This document shows positions 48,933 through 61,406 of a stretch of 64,000 bases of DNA, piece by piece. Where the stretch lies: contig NC_135910.1 in NCBI RefSeq assembly GCF_964194155.1, positions 15,562,001 through 15,626,000 of the forward strand. The letters run 5' to 3'. Source of the DNA: Cetorhinus maximus. Lineage: Eukaryota. The notes under the pieces were generated by a model. It searched no databases, had not been told where the DNA came from, and was given only the letters and a program-made list of their open reading frames with translations. Each line of letters starts with the position of its first letter. Position 1 is the first letter of the stretch. The position numbers were made by a program, and so were the translations under genes.

Positions 48933-49334
48933 GTTAGCAAAGTTTTCACCGCTGGGCAAATTTGCTCAGGAATGGTGCCTCATCCTTTTTGAAGTTGGAG
49001 GTTTCGCTGTGTCCGCGTTCTCTCTCGTCAAAGTTATCCCGGTTGTGTCCAGCTGTTGCATTTATAATGAAACATCCTGCTAATAGGACGGAGTTGTGCA
49101 GAAGCTTAGTTCGATATCGCCTTGCCCCCACCCCCTCCCCCTTAACTGGGGTAGGGATTTGTACATTCAATATTCAGTGTTAAACGTTGACAGAAAGAGT
49201 GACCAAAAATTATAACAGTATAGCATGTGCCTACACAAGATCTTTTTTAATCTATAGCTTGGCTTGTATTTGCGCAGAGGTCACGCGGGATAGTTCTGAA
49301 TATATTTAGCCTGTTATGTTTTTTTACTCTGCAG

Positions 49335-49419
49335 TTCTGCGAATAAGTGCTTGCTGAAAGTCGCTACGTATGCTGCACAGCTTGAACAGTATCCCAAAGC
49401 TGTAGAGATTTATGAACAG
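49335..49419 (+). CDS. NAPA: NAPA exon 7
   Basis: TGCAG| [28 protein letters not shown] |GTCAGT; 85 nt. Confidence 0.97.
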
Positions 49420-51387
49420 GTCAGTGAGTGTTTTCATCCAGAGGATGTTTGTCTCCCAGCTGCTTAATGTGGCAGAGCAGAGCTATCCAGTTTTTATTGT
49501 AGTCAGAGCTCCCCCTGATTCGTTCCTGGGTAAATGCTTCATTCGGCATCATTCGAGTAACAAGTTAGATCCCTTTTCAGCTGGTGTTGTGATAGAAATG
49601 GAGCTGTACCTGGTAGGAACAGGAGTAGCTGGGTCAGTTCCTCAGTTTCATTAGATCGTGGCTGGCCTGTACCTTAATTATTTAACCCATCTTATTTCCA
49701 TATACCTTGAGCCCCCTTACCTAACAAAGATCAATCAAGCTCTGGGTTGAGATTTTCAATTGACCATTCGCCATGTACCCACCCCCCCCTCACCATCCCA
49801 GCTTCAACAACCTTTTCCACTCCCCTTTGTGTGCAGAGGTGCTTCCTGACATCACCCCTGAATGACCTGGCTCTAATTGTAAGCCTTGTTCTGCACTTGG
49901 AGGAAGTAGTTTCTCTCCATCAATTTTTAAATATGTTTTTCATGGGATGTGGGCGTCACTGGCGAGGCCAGCATTTGTCGCCATCCTTAATTGCCCCTTG
50001 AACAAGGGCAGTTAAGAGTCAACCATATTACTGTGGGTCACATGTAGGTCAGACCAGGTAAGGATGGCAGATTTCCTTCCCTAAAGGGTGTTGGTGAACC
50101 AGATGGGCCTGTTCAACAACCGATGACCGTTTCATGGTCACCATTACTGAGACTAGCTTCCAATTCCAGATTGTTTGAACTTGTCCCCAGAGCATTAGCC
50201 TAGGCCTCTGGATTACTAGTTCAATGACATTACCACTAAACCACCATCTCCCCTAATCTCAATTAGCTCACCCCTTCATCTATACTCTTAAGTGAATGCG
50301 TGACTAGTTTATGCAGCCTGTCCTCGTAATTTAATCCTCTTGGTCCTGGTTGGTCTCGGAGAGTGGGGATTGGTTAGCAATCAGCCTGGATTCCTCTTCC
50401 AATCACAATCCATTGACTCTTGCTGGAAAGAGTGTCTGTGGGAAAGGACAGCACTTGCTACTGAGGCTTGCACTGGGTGCTTGATTGAGATACCAAGGAA
50501 CTACCAACACCTTTGGGAAGTGCAGACGGGCATGAATTAAGAGATGGCGCTGGGGAGGGCGGGCTAAATACCTAAAGTCCATTCAGTGACTTGGTAACTT
50601 GTTGCATTCCAAGCTGGGAAGTGTGTAAGTTTGAGAGCTGGTTTCTGCTCAGTAGTTCTGTAATCGCAAACGTCATAGAATTGTTGCCTTTTACTTTTCT
50701 GTCCTCTAGTTTCCAATGTTTGTGCTTTTAATTTCTTAATTAGCAGCTTTAATCCAAGGCATAGCATCTATTTACAGCCATTGGAATGAATCTGGCTCTG
50801 GTTTCAGTGAGGGTGAAGTAAAGGCTTTTGAACACTGGGCAGGGGGATGGGGGTCTGAATCTGGTGGAGGGGGGGGGATGGGATTTTTTTTTTTTGTTCC
50901 CACTCTACTCCCAATCTTGTAAAGTCAGTTTTCTGTTTGATGTCTCTAGTCTGTCAGTGATCAGTAACATAACCACACAGTATTTAGAGCACAGAAATTC
51001 AACCCAACTGGTCTGTGCTGGTGTTCAAGCTCCACGTGAACCGCCTCTCGCTCTTCTTCCCACCCCCAGCAACATAATCCTTCTATTCCTTTCTCCCTTG
51101 TGTTTATCTAGCTTTCCCTTAAATGCATCTATACAGTTTGCTTCCACCACTCCTCCTCTGGTAGCGAATTCCACATTCTCACTAGTCCCTGGATGAGGAG
51201 CCATCATCCCATCTCTGTCTAAAGTTGCTCACCACCTTCAGTCTTTTGCGTTCAATTTTTATTGGTCAAATGGGGAAAGTTTGCCACCTTCTCTTCTCTC
51301 TTTTCCACCCCTGCCCAATTATTTTTCTCAGTCTATTGTATTTAATGCTTGTTTCGTGCAGTGAATTTATGGTTTTGTACACCACAG

Positions 51388-51492
51388 GTAGGCACTACAG
51401 CCATGGACAGCCCGCTCCTGAAGTACAGCGCTAAAGAATACTTCTTCAAAGCTGCCCTCTGCCATTTCTGTGTTGACATGTTAAACGCTAAG
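51388..51492 (+). CDS. NAPA: NAPA exon 8
   Basis: CACAG| [35 protein letters not shown] |GTAGGT; 105 nt. Confidence 0.97.
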
Positions 51493-52508
51493 GTAGGTTG
51501 GCACCAGAGAAGTCAATGCGATTGATATTTTGCCCCTAGCTGCTTTTTAGAATTGGTTCTGTTTTTGGAAGTGATTTTAAGGTGATGGATGTGGGAAATG
51601 TTGCCCTTGTGTGTATGGAATGGGGTTGAAGAATCGGGCAGTGCTTTTTATTCTTTTCCTGGGATGTGGGCTTCACTGGCAAGGCCAGCATTTGTTTCCC
51701 ATCCCTAATTGCCCTTGATCTGAGTGGCTTGCTCGGCCATTTCAGAGGGGCAGTTCAGAATCATTGCTGCGGGTCTGGAGTCACATGTAGGCCAGACCGG
51801 GTAAGGGCGGCAGATTTGCCTCCCTAAAGGACCAGTAAGCCAGATGGGTTTTCACAACAATCGATAGTTCCATGGTCACCATTCGTGAGACTAGCTTTAC
51901 CAGCTGCTGTGGTGGGATATGAACCCATGCCCTGCATATTAGCCTGGGCCTGTGGATTACCAGTGGAGTGACATTACCACAATGTCACCATCTCCCCAGT
52001 GTCTGTGACAGTTTTATACCATGTCCTATGCTTCAAATTCTTGGGAAAGGAGAGAGCAATTTGATTTTTTTTTATTTAAGGAAAAAACCATGAGGTTAGA
52101 ATTTAATGCATGGGTAGGGGTGGGTTCCACCATGCATTTGGCAGATTTGCAGAAACCTTGGAGAAACCTGCAACTTATGTCATATTTCCTCAAAAGTTGC
52201 GGCTGGAGATTGAGAGAACCTCCTGTAGAAATCCCAGGCGGATGCCTCGTAATAATGTCCACAGCTCAGTCCTTTTGAGACTGAAGAGGTCCTATCCATG
52301 TGTCAGCCCGAGGACTGTACATTTTTGTCGATCAGAATCATTTTGTTTGGTGAGATATGAAGCTGGTAAAAATCCTAGTCCTGCACTGGTGTGAGGAAGA
52401 TGATGGACCTGTGGAATACCCTTCACGGATTATATATTCTTTTTTTTGCATCTAATCAGAATAACCTTATCTAGAAGTGTATCTCATTGCATTTCCATTA
52501 TTCCACAG

Positions 52509-52628
52509 TTGGCCATTACGAAATATGAGGAAATGTTCCCAGCCTTCTCAGATTCCAGGGAGTGCAAACTGGTCAAGAAACTTCTGGACGCCTTTGAAGA
52601 GCAGAATGTTGATGGCTACACTGATGCA
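52509..52628 (+). CDS. NAPA: NAPA exon 9 (120 nt)
   Basis: CACAG| [40 protein letters not shown] |GTAAGT. Confidence 0.96.
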
Positions 52629-52815
52629 GTAAGTGTTTGAGATTTTGAGCAAACTAAGTTTGTCACTAACACAAAAGCTAAGTGCTGCGGATGCTGGAAA
52701 TCTGAAGTAACAAAATATGCTGGAAATACTCGGCCGATCAGGCAGCGCCCGAGGAGTGAAACCAAATCCGTGCTTCAGGCTGAGATGAATCCGGCTGAAG
52801 TTCTGATGATGGATC

Positions 52816-53335
52816 ATAGAGTTTTACAGCACAGAAACAGGCCCTTCGGCCCATCGTTACCGTGCCTACCATCAAGCCCCTATCTACTCTAATCCCATTT
52901 TCCAGCACTTGGCCCGTAGCCCTGTATGCTGTGGCATTTCAAGTGCTCATCTAAATACTTCAATGTTGTGAGGTTTCCTGCTTCTACCACCCCCTCAGTC
53001 AGTGTGTTCCAGATTCCAACCACCCTCTGGGTGAAAACATTTTTCCTCAAATCCCCTCTAAACCTCCTGCCCTTTACCTTAAATCTATGTCCCCTGGTTA
53101 TTGACACTTCCGCTAAGAGGAACGGTTTCTTCCTATCTATCCCCCTCATAATTTTGTGCACCTCAATCAGGTCCCCCCTCAGCCTTCTCTGCTCTAAGAA
53201 AAACAACCCTAGCCTATCCAGGCTCTCTCCATAGCTGAAAGACTCCAGCCCAGGCAACATCCTGACGAATCTCCTCTGCACCCTCTCCAGTGCAATCACA
53301 TCCTTCCTATAGTGTGGCGACCAGAACTGCACACA
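52816..53335 (-). mobile_element. Relatively young CR1 3' fragment inserted in a Penelope-type palindrome
   Basis: ORF 52889-53371(-): CVQFWSPHYRKDVIALERVQRRF..RGDLIEV..TRGHRFK. Confidence 0.85.
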
Positions 53336-53479
53336 GCTGTAACAGTTTCTCTCCACATGCTGCCCGATCATTTGAGTATTTCCCAGCGTTTTTGTTTTTA
53401 CTTCAAACCAAATTTAAGATGCCTGCCAGATTCACAATAGCGTTTGAATCGAATGAAATTGGGGACAGGGACTGGGGAG

Positions 53480-53850
53480 AGAAGTGTAATGGTAATATCA
53501 CTGGACTGGTAGTCCAGAGGCCCAGGCTAATGCTCTGGGAACTGGGGTTCAAATCCCACCACGGCAGCTGATGGCCTTTAAATTTGATTAATAAATCTGC
53601 AATATAAAGCTAGTCTCCGTTAGTGACAGCTATCATTGTTGTAAAAGCCCATCTGGTTCACTGGTGTCCCTTTAGGGAAGGAAATCTGCCGTCCTTACCC
53701 GGTCTGGCCTGCAAGTGACTCCAGACCCACAGCAATGTGGCTGACTCTTAACTGCCCCAGCAAGCCACTCAGTTCAAGGGCAATTAGGGATGGGCAACAA
53801 ATGCTGGTCTTGCCAGTGACACCCACATCCCATGAAAGAATTAAAAAGTA
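53480..53850 (+). mobile_element. tRNA-derived SINE sharing its 3' tail with the family-B LINE
   Basis: GGTTCAAATCCC B-box; tail GGGCAATTAGGGATGGGCAACAAATGCTGG..CCCACATCCCATGAA. Copies near 17850-18195(-), 49935-50255(-) and 51650-52000(-). Confidence 0.7.
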
Positions 53851-54983
53851 TGCTCATTGTAGGATTGGAGCAGTGATGGTGCCCTTGAGTCTCATAATTA
53901 GGCTGATGCTTCAGTGTCGTGCAGAGGAGTGGGTTATTGTCAGGGATGTTAAAACAGAAAATACGGCTGCTAAGAACTTCATGCATTCCAAAGAGTGCCA
54001 GGAGTTATGGTTGGATGTAACAGCTTCTATGGCAGTATTTGGAGAGTGGAGTTAGTCTTGGCTGACGTGGTTGCCTGTAAGCATACTGTTCAAAAATAAT
54101 ATGCAGTGCCTTTCTAATGTTGAGATTGCAATCTCTCCTAATGAGGCCTGTGCCAAAATTTAAACTTCATGTGTAATTTCAAATTCTGATCCGCAGAGCT
54201 CTTGAGCAGGAAGTGAGAGACTGATTGCATTCTAACAGTCGGAAAACCTGTTGAGTAAAACAGATTTCAGTCATTCTCCTTCCGTCTGTTGATAGACACA
54301 GAACTGAGCTCAGAACCTGCTGTCTTGAGACATTCAGGATGTTGACTATTGATCAGAAAGGTAATAGCAGCCTATACGCCTCACGGCCATGTGCTTGCTA
54401 ACACTGTGGGAGAATGCAAGATCGAATGAAAGACGTGCCTTTCGCAGCCTGAGGATGTTCCAGAGTCCTTTTATGGCCAGTTACATGTGGTTACTGTTGT
54501 ATTGTAGAAAATGTGGCAGCCAACTTGTGCACAGCAAGCTCCCACAAACAGCAATGCAACAACGACCAGATAGCTGTTTTAGTGATGTTGATTTGATGGA
54601 TAAATATTGGCAAGGACACCAGGGGGCGGGGAAAACAAGCCTGCTCTGCTTTGAAGTAGCACCATGGGATCTTTTACGTCTACCTGAGAGGGGCAGGTAG
54701 GCTCTCTGTTTAGCATCTCATCCAAAAATTGATGCTGCCAATAATGCAGCACTCCCTCAGTACTGTGGCTGGGGCCTCGGTTTATTGTCTCTTTCGGGGA
54801 AAGAGGCGCCTCTGACAGTGCAGCTTTCCTTCAGTAACTGCACTGGGTGCGTCCGCCTAGAATTCTTCGCCCGAGTTTTGAGTGGGACTTTGAACCCATG
54901 ACTTTTTGGCTCAGATGTTGTCAACATTCCAGTGGATGTCCCTGAGGAAAAGCATTGAAGCCAACTGTTTATTCCCTTTGCAG

Positions 54984-55085
54984 GTGAAGGAGTATGACTC
55001 CATCTCACGGTTGGACCAATGGTTGACTACAATGCTGCTCCGCATCAAGAAGACCATCCAAGGGGAAGAGAGCGACTTGCGTTAA
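54984..55085 (+). CDS. NAPA: NAPA last coding exon
   Basis: TGCAG| [33 protein letters not shown]. Total CDS is 888 nt (295 aa). The C-terminal ..DLR is alpha-SNAP-like rather than beta-SNAP-like. Confidence 0.97.
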   Translation: MKEYDSISRLDQWLTTMLLRIKKTIQGEESDLR

Positions 55086-56185
55086 AGGAACAACTGTTTA
55101 TATATTAAAGAAAAATATATCTCAATAGTCAAAAACCCAACAAGTGATGGGGTGATGGGGGCGGGGCAGGGGCGGTGGGTGGGGTGGGGAAGGAGGGGTG
55201 GAGAAAAATGGCTTTTGATAATAAGTATGCTGCAAATCAGAAAAGCAAAGGAACATTCCGTAATTTGGAAATGTTTGAACAATTTTTTTGCATTTATTTA
55301 GGGAGAAAATAGTCATGCTTACAGATTGGGCTGGCAAGAGCGCACTTTTTAAACCAATCTGTTGTAAACCAGAGATTTTGCCTCTTCCCCCCCCCCCCTT
55401 CCCCCAAACCCCACATATTTTATTTCCTTCTGAATCCTTCCCGCAGAACTCCAGTGTATAAATGCGATTTGCCCGTTAAATTTATGGCATTAACTTGATG
55501 TGTAATAAAACTTGTAGCTATTTAAGGTAACCCAAACTATGACATGAAAATAGAGCAAGGACGCCTCGTGATTCACTCTGCACAGTTCTATCAGCCTGCA
55601 TTTTGCGAGTTAATTAGCTGATCACTGTCCCCCTTTCTGAATGAGTGCTGACAGAGCACAGGATCAGCCTTCCTTGTGATGCATGCTGCAGTCAAATAGC
55701 CAGTTGCCGTTTGCTATCTAGGACTTGCATGCATTCCCGCTAGGATTGGTTAGCCCAGAACGTAAGCTCATAGTTTTGGCAGGGAGGGATTTTTGGCACA
55801 TGGCAGGGAAACGTACCAGCAATAAATTAAATTATATTTATAGTTTTAACCCGAATTTTCTGGAATGCTACTCGGTGCGCACTGTTGAATATTTTTCCGG
55901 TATTTAATTGCTTTTTGGGTGCATTTTAGGGCAGCACTTGTCGCAGGCCAGTGTAGACATAGCATCACGTTACTTGGAGCTCGAAGTCTAAACAGACCAG
56001 CTCTCAGGGAAATGTAGACTAACTGTGCACAGGAAATCTGGCAGGGTGAAGCTTGATGTCTTACATGGGAAGTGTGCGCGAGTGTGTGTGTGTGTTCAAC
56101 GTTTAGCTAGTTGCAACCATTGTATAAATGCACTATCATATAATTTTTAAATCTGAATAAATGAAGTTACACCCAATTCTCACCT
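55086..56185 (+). other. NAPA 3' UTR with candidate poly(A) signals
   Basis: Repeat-poor stretch after the stop codon; AATAAA at 55504-55509, 55821-55826 and 56156-56161. Confidence 0.55.
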
Positions 56186-58230
56186 CTTAGTATTTTTGCT
56201 GCAGTGTTCAGTTAATTCTATCCAACAGAACTTCAGGGTTTTGCATTCGATGCTCACAAGAAAGCTGATCTCAGCTGTTTCCTGCTGGGCTAGATGGGTG
56301 CTGTAGCTCTCTGCTTGAGGGTGCATTGAGAGGTGGGAGTATGGCATTAGAGAGAATGAGCCAGGGTTCCTGCTCCCACACACTCTGTGGGTGGGAGGAT
56401 CTGGGTGTTGGGTGAAAATAGAATCGGGGTTCAACTGTGGTGACCCTTGCACGCACTGTTCATCTCTTGAGATGGTCACCTGGGTGATGCATGCCCGAGG
56501 GGGAGAGGATGGGCAAGTGGCTGATGCCTGTGCAATCCATACCCCAGTAAAAGAGCAAGTGCAAAACACTGCCATTTTTAAACATCTCTGTTCTTGTGAT
56601 TCTTACCTAGTTTGATACTTAAATTGTGATGAGGTATGGCTGCCATTGTAATGTAGAAAACATGGTAGCCAGTTTGCACACAGCAAGCTCCCACAAGCAT
56701 CAATGTGACAGTTTTTAACAGTGTTGGTTGAGGGATAAATGTTGGGCATGACATCATGGAGAAACCTTACCCCTGGCTCACCTTCAGAATAGTGCTACAG
56801 GATTTTTTATGCCCTCCTAAGAGGGCAGACTCTGTTTAACATTTCATCCAATAGTGCAGCACTCCTTTGGTATTGCCCTGGAAGATTCAACTAGATTTTC
56901 GTGCACAAGCAGTCATGTGCTGCTGTTGACTTGTAACCTTTGTTTTTAACTATCAAGGTTTATTCTTCTGGATGAAGATTAAAGATTACATGCTGCAATC
57001 ATTAAAATGAGTACAAACACCATTTGCAGGATCAGACATAACGAGTATAGGTTTGTACACATGGGCTAACCTAACTGCCTCCAATCCTGGGTCTGTAATT
57101 AATAATATAATTTGCATTTCTTGTGCTGTTAAATGGAGCATGTCCCTCCTGATATCTGCATGTTAACAAAGGGGCTTCCATTTTGCAGGTGCAAACACAC
57201 TCAAAACTGCTTTCAAAGTTAATGCTGTGCCATGCACTGACTGACTGTATCACACATCACAGTAATATATACCAATAAAATCAAGTATGAAAATCTATGA
57301 AATTTCTAAACTATGTAATACACACAGGTCCCAAATACACTTGTGGGTCCAAGTTCATGTTGAAATATGAACATGTACAGAAGCTATCAAAAAGGTCAAT
57401 GGAATGCTGACCTTTATTTGGAGGGCTAGAATACAATGGAGTTAAAATTGTACAACAGTTATACAAAGCCCTGGTCAAACCACACCTGGAGTACTGTGAG
57501 CAGTTCTGGCACTTCTGTGATTTTAGGAAGGTTATATTGGCCTTGGTGCAAGTGCAGTGATTTATCAGAATGAGACCTGATTCCAAGGGTTAAATTATGT
57601 GCATGAATTACACAAACTGAAGATCAATCATGTTCAATTTGAAATGCTAAATCTTACTGCCAGACCTGCTGAGTATTTCCAACATATTCTGCTTTTATTT
57701 CACATTTCCAGCATCCTCTGACTGAAACAAAACCAATTCATTTATTTACACTCAGGAACTTTGTAGTTGCAAAAATGGGTATGGTTGCAGCAGTTTTGGA
57801 GAAAATAAGCCTTCACATTATAAAAACCAAGCATGTCTAGGGAAAATAAAAAGATTTTGCAGCATTATTCTTTCTACGAAAGAGGACAAAATAAATGCAG
57901 ACCTCTTTAACTGTTCCAAAGCATCAGCTGGAGAAAGTACTTAATTATTTTTTAAAATGCTAATTGGTTGGTTTGCTTTGCCCATTAGTGCAGCAAGTCT
58001 TTACAATGAATTCACAACACTTGGAACTCAGCAGTTCTAGGATTTGGTATCCATGTAATTTAATTTCCTTCAGCTGATGAACTAAATATACTTTTTAAAA
58101 CCACAAATTAAGTTGTCCAATTTTAAATAACGCCTTAAACATCACAATGCAAATCTTTTCAACTTTCTAGTAGGATCCAGATTAGGTAAGAAACTGGTTT
58201 CGATTTTATTTGCAGTCTAAAAGCTAGTAA

Positions 58231-58475
58231 ATAACGTGGCGCCATCTTTGATACTACCACAGTGAGAACAATAACATGGTGCCATCTTTGATACTACCAC
58301 AGTGAGGACAATAACGGGGCGCCATCTTTGAAAGGGGCGTAATTAGAGACACTGAAAGGGCGCCATCTTTGATCATAAACACTAGCGGTGCCATCTTTGA
58401 TCGGGGCACCTCGCAGACCATAATCAGAGCGCCATCTTTGATAGGGGAAAACAAAGGCATAATACGTCATCTTAA
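58231..58475. promoter_or_regulatory. Tandem array of YY1-type motifs (GCCATCTTTGA x6) upstream of KPTN
   Basis: GCCATCTTTG at 58241, 58281, 58321, 58362, 58390 and 58431, plus a degenerate GTCATCTTAA at 58466. Confidence 0.7.
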
Positions 58476-58563
58476 AGCGACCCTAATTGCAGTTGAAGCC
58501 CCCAGAATAAGTAGGCTGAGGATGGGCTGGACGATGAGGTAGATTTTTTTAAACAACTCCGTT

Positions 58564-58795
58564 ATGGAAGGGCCGCCGAGCAGTCTGTATGGCTCCTGCC
58601 CCTTGGTGGAGGACAGTTTCAGCCGCCTCTCATCCCAGAGCAACATCTACGGGCTGACCGCCTTCGCCAAGCCTGGGGGAGGCTGTGACCTGCTGACCGC
58701 CACCCTTAAAGGGAAGGTCATCTGTTTCAGATACCAGACCCTCCGACAGAAAATCCGGCCAGTGGCTAAGGAGGTTCAGTTCACCTACATCCCAG
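58564..58795 (+). CDS. KPTN: Kaptin (KICSTOR subunit), exon 1
   Basis: [31 protein letters not shown]...[32 protein letters not shown]+G |GTAATG; resembles human [20 protein letters not shown]...[17 protein letters not shown]. Confidence 0.95.
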
Positions 58796-58899
58796 GTAAT
58801 GCAGAGACCGGCCCCAGGGTCAGCTCATTCCCCTGCCGCCATTCATTGCACAGCCAGACTGGCCAGAGGGTCAACTGGAGCTGACCAAGAAGATTCCCA

Positions 58900-59385
58900 G
58901 CCACCAATTCAATGGATCCCCAGACCCTCCCAGCCCTGTCAGTTGAATCTGACCTCTGCGTCCAAATGGATTCCCACCCTCTCCCTGTCCCATCAATCAA
59001 TGGATCCCCACACTTTCCTGACCCCATCAATGGATCCCCACCCTTTCTTGACCCTGCCACTGGATTCCTGTACCCTCCCGGCCCCTCCAGTGGATTCTCA
59101 AACCTTCCACTGGATTCCTGTACCCTCCCGGCCCCGCCAGTGGATTCTCAAACCTTCCACTGGATTCCTGCACCCTCCCGACCCCGCCACTGGATTCTCA
59201 AACCTTCCACTGGATTCCTGTACCCTCCCGGCCTCGCCACTGGATTCCCAAACCTGCACTGGATTCCCGGAGCCTTCCGGCTGCACCACTGGATTCCCGG
59301 ACCCTCCCAGCCCCACCACTGGATTCCTGGACCCTCCCAGCCCCGCCACTGGATTCCCAAACCCGCCACTGGACTCCCAGGCACC
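58900..59385 (+). repeat. C-rich minisatellite in KPTN intron 1
   Basis: CACTGGATTCC core; a 50-bp higher-order unit (30+20) starts at 59058, 59108, 59158 and 59208. Confidence 0.9.
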
Positions 59386-60942
59386 GGTGACAGTTTCTTT
59401 GTGCTGATCAGTCACCAAGAATAAGCTGGAGTACCATCTGGAAATTATTCTACAGGTTGATCACACTTTGAGAAAATGAATGCCTTGATTTTTGATCTAT
59501 AAGGGAGTCGAGGGTTATTGGTTGGGGCAGGCAGGAAAGTGGAGTTAAGGCCACATCAGATCAGCCATGATCTTATTGAATGATGGAGCAGGCTCGAGGG
59601 GCCGAATGGCCTACTCCTGTTCTGATTTCTTGGGTACTTATGCTCTTGATATCAGTCTTTAAAATTAGTTTCCTAGTTTGAACCAGTGGCTCCTAGTTAA
59701 TGCTCCTAATGGTCTTTTTAATCCTCTTAACAATCTTTGAAATGTTTGTATGACCATCTTTCAAACCCTGATATCAGGAAGAATTTTGAGAGCTCCTGTG
59801 CTCTTCAAATAGCAACATGGGATCTTTTAGGTCCACCTGAGAGGGCATAATGACAGCAACCTATGTACATAATAAAAAATTCCAAAGAGTCTCACAGGAG
59901 CAAAATAAAATAAAGTATGACATTGAGCCACATAAGGAGATATTAGGTCAGGTGACCAAAAGGTTAGGCAAAGAGATTGGTTTTAAGGAGTGCCTTAAAG
60001 GAGGGAGAGAGGTGGAGAGGTTTAGGGAGGGAATTCCAGAGCTTAGGGCCTAGGCAGCTAAAAGCATGACAGCCACTGGTGGGGCGATTAAAATTAGGAA
60101 TACACAAAAGGCCAGAATTGAAGGAGTGCAGAGATCTCGAAAGGTTGTGGGGCTGAGGAGATTAGCGATAGGGAAGAAGGGATTTGAAAAGGGTGAGAAT
60201 TTTAAAATCAAGACATTGTTTTAGAGCCACTGTCGATCAGCAAGCATGGGAGTGATGGGGGAATGGGCCTTGGTGCAGGTTGAGACAGGGGCAGCAGAAT
60301 TTTGGATGACCTCAAATTTACGGAGGTTAGAATGTGAGAGACCAGCCAGCAAACTTGCATTTGCGTAGCACCTTTCATGACCGTATGACTTCCAAAGCAC
60401 TTTACAGCCTATGAAGTGTTTTTTTTTAAAGCCAAATTGCTGTTGTAATGTAGGAAACCCAGCACCATTTTGTGCACAGCAAGCTCCCACAAACAGCAAT
60501 GAGATAAGTGACCAGATTGTCTATTTTAGATGCTGCTTGAGGGATGAATGTTGACAAGGAGAACTCTCCGAAATAGTGCCATGTGGTCTTTTACAATCAA
60601 CCGAGAGGGCGGGCAGAGACTCTGTTTAAGGCCTCATCTGAAAGACTGCGCCACCTAAAGTGCAGCACTCCCTCAGAGGGAGAGGAATGAGAAAAGTTGC
60701 GATGGGGCACAAGATTGGAATTAAGACCAAAAGCATAGGAGAGCGTAAATGAGGAAGCGCAGGTTCGATGAGACCAACTCTGGGAACCATGCAGGAGGTA
60801 AGGGAAGATGGAGGAAGTGGCAAAGTCTGGAGACCCTGAGAAAGGAGGTGAGACAGTCTTGGGATTTGAACACCCAGCCGATGCAGCCTATCTGAAGGCT
60901 GTGCTGTGTACCCAGTGAAGAATGTAGTGATTGAGAGCCTGA

Positions 60943-61164
<222 letters not shown>

Positions 61165-61321
61165 TGACATTTCTATAGGATCTTTCACCACCTTGGTATG
61201 CCACAAAGTCCTTTACAGCCAATGAAGTACAGTCATGCGTCTAGTTAAATTAGAAGTCCGGGATTCTGGGCTTGTTTCCACTCTGAGATATCTCTTCACG
61301 TTGTTGTGTGCTCCTGTTCAG

Positions 61322-61406
61322 GATTCTGGTGATAAAGCAAGCCCATTCCTCAACATCTACTGCGACTATGAGCCGGGATCCGAGTATAATTTGGACTCCA
61401 TTGCAC
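61322..61406 (+). CDS. KPTN: KPTN exon 3
   Basis: TTCAG| [28 protein letters not shown]+C |GTGAGT; 85 nt. Confidence 0.96.

Noticed and set aside
51381-51395. CAG|GTAGGC at the NAPA exon 8 start, resembling a recursive or dual splice site
   Set aside because: It is explained by a conserved Val codon after a normal acceptor; the same pattern occurs at 54984 and at SARS2 exon 2.
58231-58475. CRISPR-like repeat-spacer appearance
   Set aside because: The repeat is only 11 bp, the first spacers are duplicates, there are no cas genes, and the context is a vertebrate promoter. A transcription-factor site array explains it better.
58799-59424. ORFs of 170-202 aa after KPTN exon 1
   Set aside because: They are translations of the intronic minisatellite; the real exon ends at the 58795 donor.
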